From: Mustelus asterias
Taxonomy: Eukaryota
Direction of reading: 5' to 3'
Assembly: GCF_964213995.1 (NCBI RefSeq)
Contig: NW_027590135.1
Coordinates: 62,001-126,000 of the forward strand
DNA length: 64,000 bases
A program made the position numbers and the translations under genes. Numbering within the stretch: the stretch's first letter is position 1; each line of letters starts with the position of its first letter. Below the pieces are notes generated by a model. That model was given only the letters and a program-made list of their open reading frames with translations. It had not been told where the DNA came from and did not search any database. This document shows, one piece after another, positions 12,945 through 23,540 of the stretch.

Positions 12945-13830
12945 TTCTAGTCTATGTGAGGGAAATTAAAGTCTCCCACTACAACAACCCTATTTTTTCT
13001 GCACCTGTCCAGAATCTCCTTACATATCCGTTCCTCAACTTCCCGTGGGCTGTTGGGAGGCCTGTAGTATACCCCCAGCATAGTGACTGTGCCCTTCCTG
13101 TTTCTGAGCTCCACCCACAGTGACTCGTTACCTGACCCTTCCAAATTGTCCACCCTCTGTACCGCTGTAATATGCTCCCTAATCTGCTTTGCTACTCCCC
13201 CACCTCTCCCCCTCTGTCTCGCCGAGAACACTTATACCCCGGAATATTCAGCTGCCAGTCCTGTCCTTCTTTTAACCAAGTCTCTGTCACTGCAACCACA
13301 CCCACGTTCCGCGCAAGCATTAAGGTTCTAAGCTCATCTGTCTTGCCCGTAACACTCCTTGCATTGAAGCAGATGCACTCCAGACCTCCAGGCCCACTGA
13401 GGTCATCCTCCCCCAGAATGCTCTTCCTCTTAGATAGCCTTGTCTTGGCCCCATCCTCGTCCCCAGTCTCTATGCTTATTGACCTATTGTTCTGATCCCC
13501 ACCCCCCTGCCACATTAGTTTAAACCCACCAGAACTGCACCAGCAAAACTCCCAGCTCGGATATTCGTGCCCCTCCAGTTCAGGTGTAACCTGTCCTTCT
13601 TGTACAGGTGCCATCCTCTCTTGAAGACTTCCCAGTGATCCACGAATTTGAAACCCTCCCTCCTGGACCAATCCTTTAGCCACGTGTTCAGCTGTACAAT
13701 CTCCCTGTTCCTAGCCTCACTAGCTTGTGGCACTGGGAGTAGTCCAGAGATCGCTACCTTAGAGGCCCTGCTTTTCAGCCTACTACCCAACTCCCTGAAT
13801 TGCACTCCCAGGATCTCCCTGCTCTTTCTG
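12945..13830 (-). mobile_element. CR1 internal fragment (ORF1 esterase-like end and ORF2 APE start) embedded in the 20-bp satellite
   Basis: NDVGRK...SGLLPVP...DRLHLNWRG (ORF1 SGNH-type), CICFNARS...AVTETWL and GVYYRPP...GDFNFPHID (APE). Confidence 0.88.
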
Positions 13831-13841
13831 CCTACGTCATT

Positions 13842-15255
13842 TGCTGTGGAACTGAGCAGAGAGCAGAGTCCCACAGTGCAGATCACAGTTCGACAGCACG
13901 AATCACAGTTCCACAGCAGACAGCACAGTTCCATAGCGGAGATCACAGTTCCACAGCTTGGAGAACTGTTCCACAGCAGAGAACACAGTTCCACAGCAGA
14001 GAGCACAGTCCCACAGCAGAGAGCACAGTTCCACAGCAGGGATCACAGTTCCACAGCAGAGAGCACGGTTCCACAGCAGAGATCACAGTCCCACAGCAGA
14101 GAGCACAGTTCCACAGCAGGGATCACAGTTCCACAGCAGAGAGCACGGTTCCACAGCAGAGATCACAGTTCCACAGCAGGGTCACGGCCCCACAGCAGAG
14201 AGCACAGTTCCACAGCGAGAGCACAGTTCCACAGCGAGAGCACAGTTCCACAGCGAGAGCACAGTTCCACAGCAGGAATCACAGTCCCACAGCAGAGAGC
14301 ACAGTTCCACAGCTTGGAGCACTGTTCCACAGCAGAGAACACAGTTCCACAGCAGAGAGCACAGTTCCACAGCAGGGTCACAGCCCCACAGCAGAGAGCA
14401 CAATTCCATAGCAGGGTCACAGCCCCACAGCAGAGAGCACAGTCCCACAGCAGAGAGCACGGTTCCACAGCAGAGATCACAGTTCCACAGCAGTGAGCAC
14501 AGTTCCACAGCAGAGAGCACAGTCCCACAGCAGTGAGCACAGTTCCACAGCAGAGAGCACAGTTCCACAGCAGAGAGCACAGTTCCACAGCAGAGAGCAC
14601 AGTTCCACAGCAGTGAGCACAGTTCCACAGCAGAGAGCACAGTTCCACAGCAGAGAGCACAGTTCCACAGCAGTGAGCACAGTTCCACAGCAGAGAGCAC
14701 AGTTCCACAGCAGAGATCACAGTTCCAAAGCAGAGAGCGCAGTTCCACAGCAGAGAGCACAGTTCCACAGCAGAGAGCACAGTTCCACAGCAGAGAGCAC
14801 AGTTCCACAGCAGAGATCACAGTTCCACAGCAGAGAGCACAGTTCCACAGCAGAGAGCACAGTTCCACAGCAGAGAGCACAGTCCCACAGCAGAGAGCAC
14901 AGTTCCACAGCAGTGAGCACAGTTCCACAGCAGAGATCACAGTCCCACAGCAGAGAGCACGGTTCCACAGCAGAGAGCACAGTTCCACAGCAGAGATCGC
15001 AGTTCCACAGCAGAGAGCACAGTTCCACAGCAGAGATCGCAGTTCCACAGCAGAGAGCACAGTTCCACAGCAGAGATCGCAGTTCCACAGCAGAGATCGC
15101 AGTTCCACAGCAGAGATCGCAGTTCCACAGCAGAGAGCACAGTTCCACAGCAGAGATCACAGTTCCACAGCAGAGATCGCAGTTCCACAGCAGAGATCGC
15201 AGTTCCACAGCAGAGATCGCAGTTCCACAGCAGAGATCGCAGTTCCACAGCAGAG
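13842..15255. repeat. 20-bp minisatellite, right block
   Basis: Same unit; the variant GATCGC is enriched at the right end (14995-15240). Confidence 0.97.
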
Positions 15256-15550
15256 GATCTATTTAGAAACAAGGAAGCAGAATTAAACAAGAAGAAGAAG
15301 GTTAGAAACAGGAGACATCTTGGGATTTACATTAATGACCACTCAGTCCATTCTCCTTTACCTGTGTGTGATCTTGTGCCTCTTGACTGTCTCTCGCTTC
15401 GTCTGTGTGTCTTTCTGGATGTTTTCCATTCTTGGTGATGTGGAATTGTGGCGCCAGGGGGAGCAGCCGAGCGAATGCGCTCCAATGATGAATGCGGAAG
15501 TGAATACCTCTGACACATTACTAATAGTTCGCAGGCGATTTTAACTGTGT

Positions 15551-15622
15551 AGCAGAGTGGCGCAGCGGAAGCGTGCTGGGCCCATAACCCAGAGGTCGAT
15601 GGATCGAAACCATTCTCTGCTA
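15551..15622 (+). tRNA. Initiator tRNA-Met (CAT)
   Basis: AGCAGAGTGGCGCAGCGGAAGCGTGCTGGGCCCATAACCCAGAGGTCGATGGATCGAAACCATTCTCTGCTA; A1-U72, ATCG T-loop; T-run terminator just downstream. Confidence 0.97.
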
Positions 15623-15635
15623 TTTCCTTTTTTAG

Positions 15636-16572
15636 CTGAATTTCATGTTTTATACCAGTGATCAAGAAAAAATAGTGATTAACTATGTCTTTAACGTGAT
15701 GCTGTTTCCGCTCTTGTCCTTCTCGATGGTACATGTCGGAAGGAGGACACGATTGTCTGCATAAGTATGGTGACTTGTCTAGATTTGTTTAGATTGACGG
15801 CTTCAGTTTAAGCTTGGACTTGAATCTTTCTTCTGACTGAAGACAGGTATTTCACAAAGCAGGCACTCTATCTATCCAGTCTAGAGCAAACCACGCTGTG
15901 ACCATTGAATGCACTCTAAGAAAATTGAAACATAAAACGTTCAGATACATCAGTATTTCTCCTGGTTGTATGATTAAGGCCTTGAACAATGCGTACTGAT
16001 AATGGAGCTTTCCATTTGAGAACTTCTGAGATTTCTTCCTTTTGACACATTGTTCCTTTTGCAACAGCAAAAATAATTCCTCAGCTGCTCCTTCAAAATG
16101 ATTTGACATTCCCGCCCAGGATGCTGTAATTTTCTTCCGCTTCTCGCTACTAGTTAACATTTGAATGATCGCTGAAATGCCATTTACTCACACACGGACA
16201 CAAGCTGTAAATGTTGCAAAGATACACAAGCCAAGGTTTGTCCCTTTCAGCCCGTTTCTCCCAAACAGCTGACACAGGCGTGATGATCCGAATGATCTTG
16301 AATTATTCACCATCACTCTATGATTGTCCGAATAGAAAAAAGGTATTTTCTTGCATGAAAACAATCTAGTGAAGTTCTGGCATATTAGCTGCACTATTTC
16401 TGATCTACAGGGCATCCTGCAGTAAGTGACCATGCTTATATGGACAATGGTGTCCTCCTTGCGATATGTAACATCGAGGACAAAAGTGTAAGCAGAGCGG
16501 AAACAGCATCGCATTAAATACATAGTGAATCACTATTTTTTCTTAATCACTGGTATAAAACATGAAATTCAG
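15636..16572. repeat. ~140-bp inverted repeat pair (15636-15777 / 16424-16572)
   Basis: CTGAATTTCATGTTTTATACCAGTGAT... at the left and its reverse complement ...ATCACTGGTATAAAACATGAAATTCAG at the right. Confidence 0.85.
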
Positions 16573-17229
16573 TTCCCAAAATCACCATAAACTAAGAACG
16601 TGAAGTTTCCTTCCTTTGGGCTTGCATGAGATACACATTGTATTAAATTCTTCTTTCAGTCTCTCTGATTGTTTCCTGCCTTGATTTGCCCGCTCACAGC
16701 TGGACAGATTTTAACGTGTTCAGTTTAGAACACATTCCATCCTTCTTGCCCTTACTTAACGTCAAAACTGTGACCTGCGTGTGTCCTTTTTCCTCGCACT
16801 GAATGTCTGCCTCTAACATATTGTGGTCACTCAGTGTTTGATGTTTATTTACTGTCAGATTATTAATTAACCCTGGCTCTTTCCTCATTACTGAATCCAG
16901 TGGAGCCGTTTGTATTGCGCTTTCCAAAGCAAGGTGGAGGGCAGGAGTGATTAAGTAATAAAATAATTGGTGCTGCAAGGCTAAAGAGAGTGGAAAAGGA
17001 ACAAGTAACAGCAAACAGAGATGTGTCTGAAGGAGGTGTGAATGGAAGAAGGATGAACCGCTGCCAGCTGAAAGCAAAATCAACAGAAAAGAATAAATTA
17101 AAACCAAAAATCAAAATAAAATGGTATCAATTATGATGGTTACCACCATATTAGAAATAGGAGCAGGAGTAGGCCATTCAGCCCCTTGGGCCTAAACCAC
17201 CATTCAAGAAGGGGTGGCGATGGCCTAGT

Positions 17230-17408
17230 AGTCATAGAAATCATAGAAACCCTACAGTACAGAAAGAGGCCATTTGGCCCATCGAGTCTGCACCGTCCAC
17301 AATCCCACCCAGGCCCTACCCCATATCCCTACATATTTTACCCACTAATCCCTCTAATCTACACATCCCAGGACACTAAGGGGCAATTTTAGCATGGCCA
17401 ATCAACCA
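17230..17408 (-). mobile_element. HE1-like SINE 3' half
   Basis: Near-identical to 9752-9915. Confidence 0.8.
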
Positions 17409-17554
17409 ATCAGCTTGTTGCTCCCTAAAAAGTAATGGATCAGACATTCTTCCTATTTTTCCAGTCATTCCTTGGTTTTCTTTCTCATTTTCTATTTTGT
17501 TTTCAGATTGAAGTATTTGCACTGTCACATGAGGGGATGATAAGGATGACAAAT

Positions 17555-17655
17555 TGAGACAAAAACAGAAAATGTTGGAAAATCTCAAAAGGTTTGACAG
17601 CATCTGTGGTGAGAGAATAGAGCCAACGTTTCGAGTCTGGATGACCCTTCGTCAG
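17555..17655 (-). mobile_element. Penelope-like terminal fragment (second family) with hammerhead-like core
   Basis: Minus: CTGACGA-AGGGTC-ATCCA-GACTC-GAAACGTT; related copies near 9588-9617, 36737-36840 and 58510-58700. Confidence 0.6.
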
Positions 17656-18084
17656 AGCCCAATTGAGAGTTGGTTGGGAGATGATTGCAGATTGGGGAGT
17701 TTCAATTGCCATGTGTCAAGTAGTGATCATTAGGAAGCAGTGGTAGATTGGGAATCATTTCCAAATCCCCTGCCGGATCACGTGCCCCAGAGTTTGAGAA
17801 TCACTGGTGTACTGGAACAGCTAGGCCCCGTCATCTGAGTTTCTCAGGATCGACAAATAGAGGTGCAACAAACTGGCAAATCACAATTATTTCAATATTT
17901 AAAACTGTTTATTTCAATATTTAAAACTGTTTACAGGAAGTACATGTTTATAAAAATGATTCCATTGTAAAAAGAATTAACATGTAAACATTCAAAGAAA
18001 AAGGAACCGCACATTCTCAATTATTTACAATTGCTGACGACTTCAACTCCATTAATTTTCAAGCAAACTTTCTCCATTCCCGTC

Positions 18085-18392
18085 ATAACTAGTATTATCT
18101 AATTCAGAAACTCAACTAATGTTTTGGGGACCAGAGTTCAAATCCCTCCATAGCAGATTCAATTCAATAAAAAATAATCTGAAATTAACAATCTACTGAT
18201 GACCATGTAACCATTGTTGGAGCAACCCATCTGGTTCACTAATGTCCTTTTGGGAATGAATTCTGCTGTCCTTACCTGGTGTGGCCTGCATGTGACTCCA
18301 GAGCCACAGTAATGTGGTTTACACTCGACGTGGATGGGCAATAAATGCTGGCCAGCCAGCGATGCCCATGCCCCATGAATAATTCAAAAAAG
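18085..18392 (+). mobile_element. Deu-domain-like SINE (SacSINE1-like); second copy at about 52285-52645
   Basis: B-box GAGTTCAAATCC, CATCTGGTTCACTAATGTCCTTT...CATGTGACTCCAGA...GGGCAATAAATGCTGGCC. Confidence 0.65.
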
Positions 18393-18554
18393 ATCATAGC
18401 TGATATAATTGTGGCTTCAGTTCTACTTTTCGAACTTTTGCAGCAACGCTCGACTCCCTTATAGATTCTGTCTAATTCAGCCTAGAACATATTCAATGAT
18501 CCAGCCTCAACTGTTGTCTGGGGAAGGGAATTCCACTGACTAACTATCCTCTGA

Positions 18555-19505
18555 GATGAGATGAGAGTGACTGCCCTTGACATCAAAACAGGATTTGACC
18601 GAGTTCAGCATCAAGGATCCTCAGCAAAAGCAAAGTCGATGGGAATCATGGAAACCTCTCCACTGGTTGGAACTTTATCCAGCATAAAGCCAGATGGTTG
18701 TGGTGGTCAGTCATTTCATCCTCAGGAGACCATTTCCCGAGTTTGTCAAGTTACTGTCCCAGATCCTTCCACCATAAGGTCAGAATTGGAGATGCTCGCT
18801 GATGACTGTGCAATGTTTAGCACCATTCAGGACTCTTCAGTTACTGAAGCAGCTCATTCCCAAATGCAGCAAGAACTGGACAGTATCCAAGCTTGGGCTG
18901 AGAAGTGGCAAATAACAATCACACCACACATGTACCAGACAAAGACCATTTCCAGCAAGAGAGAATCTAACCATTGTCCCTTGACATTAAATAACATTAT
19001 ATCACTGAATCACCTACTATCAATATCTTAGTGATTACCTTTGACCAGTAACTGAACTGGACTAGCAATGCAATCACTGGCTACAGTGCAGGTCAGAGAC
19101 ACAGAATCCTGTGGCAAGTAACAAAGCTCCTGACTGCCAAACCCTGTCCAACATCTACAAGGCACAAATCAGGAGGATGATGGACTAATCTCCACCTGTC
19201 TGGGTTAATGCAGCACCAACAAGACCCAAGAGGTTTGACACCAACCTCGACATCCCTCGTGATTGACGTTCCATCCACAAACACTCATGCCCTCCACCAC
19301 TGACACACAGTGGCAGCAGTATTTACCATCTCCAAGATGGACTACAGGAACTCACAAAGGTTCCTTCAGTAGCACCTTCCAAACCAACGACCACTACCAT
19401 CTAGAGAAGGACAAGAGCAGCCAATTCATGGGAACACCATTAACTGGGCGTTCTCCTCCAAAACACTTACCATCCTGACTTGGAAATATATCGCTGTTTT
19501 TCACT
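18555..19505 (+). mobile_element. Degenerate LINE (CR1/L2 group) RT and 3' fragment; related piece at about 57765-58330
   Basis: RVTALDIKxxFDRV, ADDC, MQQELDSIQAWAEKWQ. Confidence 0.75.
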
Positions 19506-20479
19506 GTGGCTGGATTCATTCTGTATCTGTCATTCTCTGGTGCAATATATCTGTACCATATGCCATATGTATCTTGCATTTTTTGCTGCAGGATGTATGT
19601 TGCATCATTGTTTGAGCCTGTGTTTGGAACAGTAGTTGAGCAAGGGATTTTACCTATCCGTTACCTTCTGATATTGCAAGTGAATTTGGAACTCATTCTG
19701 AATCTCTTAAGAATAGCATGTGTGAATATTCAAATTCTGAGCAAAGAGTCGACCACTCGAGTCTGCTCTGCCAATCTATAACATCATGGCTGATCTGATT
19801 CGAACCTCAACTCCACCTTCCTGCCCAACTTCACCTCTTTGCTTCTCAAGAATCAATCTACCATTCTGCCTTAAAGACTCTGTATCGGTTAATGTGTGTG
19901 TGAGACTATTTATCAGTCAGTGCTGTTGGATATGAATGTATAATCCATTCTGTATAGGAATATTTCTGGTATCACATGGGAGTGCAGTATTCAATGTTCT
20001 TTGGAATTGTGTATGTGTTTGGCAGGCATTCTGGCCGGTCACAAGGATAGAATATTAGGGTTGGATTCACCTTTCTGTCTCTGGTACCATACACAATTTA
20101 GGGTTCATTTAGCATCTTAGTATTTCTGCTGTTGTTTCTGAGAGTGCAAATCATATGTATCTGTTAGAGTATCATAATGTGTGTGTGTGAGATCATTTTG
20201 GACCTGTCACTGGTACTCTATGTCTGGGATACTGCTATGTAAGTGTGAGAATCAGTTATAACTTTCAGGCCCGAGTGCTGGTTGTGCAGCAGGAGATTCA
20301 TTCTATATCTGTCAGTGGAATTCATTTGAAGATGTCAGGCTCCAGTACTGGATGAAACTATGGGTTTCATTTAGTATTTTTCAGTCTCTGGTGTCTGTGT
20401 GCGCACTTGTATAAGTTTGTGTGTGATTGACTACATTTTTGTTTGTCTGTGTATCTGTGTGCCCAACATTTGTAAACCC

Positions 20480-21552
20480 AACATCCCGGTTTAGGCCGTC
20501 CTCATGTGTGTGGAACTTGGCTATCAGTATCTGATAGCGTTTATGTCACACTATCAGTCACCCCCACAGCTTGCCTGCTGGACTTGCAGAATCTCACTGG
20601 CTGTCGTGTCTGGAGACAATACACATCTCTTTAACCTGTGCTTAATGCTCCCTCCACTCACATTGTCTGTATCTTTAAGACCTGGTTGGTTGTCGAGATT
20701 CGCATTCTAATCAGTATTCTGTAATTTGATTTTGTGTCTCTGTGCCCTGTTTGAGAGCAGATTTCCACTCCATCTGACGAAGGAGCAGCGCTCCGAAAGC
20801 TAGTGGCGTTTGCTGCCAAATAAACCTGTTGGACTTTAACCTGGTGTTGTTAGACTCCTTACTGTGTTTACTCCAGTCCAACGCCGGCATCTCCACATCT
20901 CTGAGCTCTGTCAGTGACAATGCAGACGCTGCGACAACGGATGAATGAACACCGCTCGACAATCACCAGGCAAGACTGTTCTCTTCCTGTTGGGGAGCAC
21001 TTCAGCGGTCACGGGCATTCGGCCTCTGATATTCGGGTAAGCGTTCTCCAAGGCGGCCTTCACGACACACGACAGCGCAGAGTCGCGGAGCAGAAACTGA
21101 TAGCCAGGTTCCGCACACACAAGGACGGCCTCAACCGGGATATTGGGTTTATGTCACACTATTTCACATAAATATTTCTGCTTTTTTCCTCCTGAGTCTT
21201 TATCATGCGATCCTAGAATCAGAATTTATGTCACACTATTTGTAACTCCCACAGTTGCGTGGACCTGCAGAGTTTCACTGGCTGTCTTGTCTGGAGACAA
21301 TACACATCTTTTTAGCCTGTCTTGATGCTCTCTCCACTCCCATTGTTTTGTTTCTTAAAGACTGGATTAGTTGTAAGTATTCGCATTCCAACCATTATTC
21401 ATGTAAATTGAGTCTGTGTCTTATAAGTTCTGTTTGTGAACAGAATTCCCACTCACCTGAAGAAGGGGCTCAGAGCCTCGAAAGCTTGTGTGGCTTTTGC
21501 TACCAAATAAACCTGTTGGACTTTAACCTGGTGTTGTTAAACTTCTTACAGT
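20480..21552 (+). mobile_element. Penelope-like element remnants: GIY-YIG C-terminus plus two terminal repeats
   Basis: ORF 20914-21171 TLRQRMNEHRSTI...PVGEHFSG...GLNRD; two related pLTR-like segments ending in CCAAATAAACCTGTTGGACTTTAACCTGG; hammerhead-like cores at 20774 and 21457. Confidence 0.85.
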
Positions 21553-21649
21553 GACAATGCACAGACTGTGTGAGAGGAGGACTTGGCGACTCTCTGCCCT
21601 GTAACTTGTGTGGGGGAAACACATTTATTCTGGTCCCTTCAATTCTTTA

Positions 21650-22657
21650 TCTGTGGAAACAAAGTACATTTAATATCTCAAATCCAGATTCCGTCAGTTT
21701 AATCTCTATTAATAATCATTGTGAGCGGTTTGTGAGGCTGCAGCCAGACTCCAGCTCTGATTGGTCACTCACATTTCAATCACATTCTTAACCAATCGGA
21801 GAGCCAGGTAGAAGAAATGGGAGGTTTTGATTGGTTCACATTTTCAAACTGGAAAAACCCGCCAATTTCAGTGCAGGAAAAATACAAAATAACGGAACGC
21901 CTGAATGTTCAGGAAACTATTTCAATCTCACACTTTATAATCTGTTTATTGTATTTTCCCTCAGAATCCTGGCGCTATTTTAGGAACAGTTTGAACTTCT
22001 CAATCTCTTATCTGTAACCCGCGGTAATCAGACCCCGTTCAGCAATTTAAAACGGAGCAAATCTCAGCTCAGTGGAAAAGCAGAAACATAGAGATTACCA
22101 ACCAACTCCTTTACACAGGCTTCACAGGGACAGAGGGAAACGGCTGATTTCTGATCCTATCCCCTGAAAGCGGCCGGGAATGTTACAATGGGAAGTGCGG
22201 AGAGAATCCCCGGCCCGATCCTGCCGGTGGAACAGGCAGCTTTGTGTCTGGAGAATAGGGAGCGCCGGGGGGAGGCAGATCTTAAAGCGCTGCAATGGAC
22301 TCAGGTCCTGTGCGTGCAGAATTCTCGCTGATTCCGTCCTCTGGGAAAACTGCGGAATAAACAGATCAGCCCGAGAATAACCTCTTCATTCCCGCCTTTA
22401 CTCTGTTCCGGGAGGGGAACACAGATAACAAATAAACATTATGAATCAATTCACCAGTTCTAAAACTCAGAATATAGTCATTGAAGTTAAATAATTAACT
22501 CCTGATATTTTTTCTCCCCATTGTCCGTGACGATCCTCAGACTGGGATTTAAAATCCGCTCTCAGTTCAGTTTGATTGTCCCTTCAATGTGAAAGTGTGT
22601 GTAAGGGGCGGGTATGAAGTCCCATTCACAGCATTCAGCACCGGGACAAATCTCTAT
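21650..22657. repeat. ~1-kb block duplicated with high identity at 60577-61583
   Basis: Long near-identical runs; matching ORFs 21817/60758 and 22180/61109. Confidence 0.93.
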
Positions 22658-22729
22658 CCTCCAGAAAGACATTTCTCATTCACTCAATAAGGGAAAAGAT
22701 GGCGCAGCTTTTTCACAGAGATTGTGGGT

Positions 22730-22745
22730 GGCTCTTAAAAGAGCC
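22730..22745 (-). terminator. Histone 3' stem-loop of H2B (downstream element about 22705-22714)
   Basis: Minus: GGCTCTTTTAAGAGCC-ACCCA, then GAAAAAGCTG. Confidence 0.95.
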
Positions 22746-22781
22746 GTTGTGTTTGGGATGTTTTTCAGTCCATGGGGAGTT

Positions 22782-23168
22782 TTACTTGGAGCTGGTGTAC
22801 TTGGTCACCGCCTTTGTCCCTTCCGACACGGCGTGCTTGGCCAGTTCCCCGGGCAGCAGCAGGCGCACGGCGGTCTGGATCTCCCGGGAGCTGATGGTGC
22901 TGCGCTTGTTGTAATGGGCCAGGCGGGAAGCCTCACCCGCGATGCGCTCGAAAATATCGTTCACGAACGAGTTCATGATGCTCATGGCCTTGGAGGAGAT
23001 GCCGGTGTCGGGGTGAACCTGCTTCATCACTTTGTAGATGTAGATGGAGTAACTCTCCTTCCTCGACCTTCGCCGCTTCTTGCCGCCCTTTGTTCCCGGT
23101 TTCTTAATCACTTTCTTCGCCCCCTTCTTGGGAGCTGGTTTCGATGTTGGTTTCTTCTCATCAGCCAT
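22782..23168 (-). CDS. H2B: Histone H2B (128 aa, replication-dependent)
   Basis: MADEKK...[93 protein letters not shown]; ATG at 23168; 3' stem-loop present. Confidence 0.98.
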   Translation of the reverse strand: MADEKKPTSKPAPKKGAKKVIKKPGTKGGKKRRRSRKESYSIYIYKVMKQVHPDTGISSKAMSIMNSFVNDIFERIAGEASRLAHYNKRSTISSREIQTAVRLLLPGELAKHAVSEGTKAVTKYTSSK

Positions 23169-23211
23169 CTTCAATTTCACACAGAAATAAAGCAAACCCC
23201 TTCCGAGCGCT

Positions 23212-23390
23212 GATTAAATAGACAGTCCCACAGAACTATGCTAATGAGGAATTGGGAAAGCAATGATTGTGATTGGACATTTTGAAAGTTATTACAGTCA
23301 CTTATCAGGGTTCATTTGAGTGGATAGGAAAACAGACCAATCAGATTGAGGACTTTCCGCCAATCACAAGCCCCCTTACCACAATCAGGA
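23212..23390. promoter_or_regulatory. H2B (H2A/H2B-type bidirectional) promoter
   Basis: TATTTAA (minus) at about 23214-23221, octamer-like ATGCTAAT at 23238-23245, CCAAT boxes in both orientations (ATTGG at about 23272, CCAAT at about 23337 and 23360). Confidence 0.75.
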
Positions 23391-23540
23391 AATACATTTT
23401 ACAAAGAATCTCCAGCGCCAGTTTGTCAGTGTGTAAAGATCCACCGGGAAATGTCGCCTGGCTGTCGGTGTGAGGGACCCTTCTCCACAGAGGGACTGTG
23501 CGGGAGTGTGGGTTCCTTCCGGAACTGTGAATCTCTGGTA

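Noticed and set aside
10877-15290. Many long ORFs (STVPQQRAQFHSREH / LLWNCALCCGTV) in the 20-bp array
   Set aside because: Produced by a stop-poor tandem repeat open in several frames on both strands; no gene signals.
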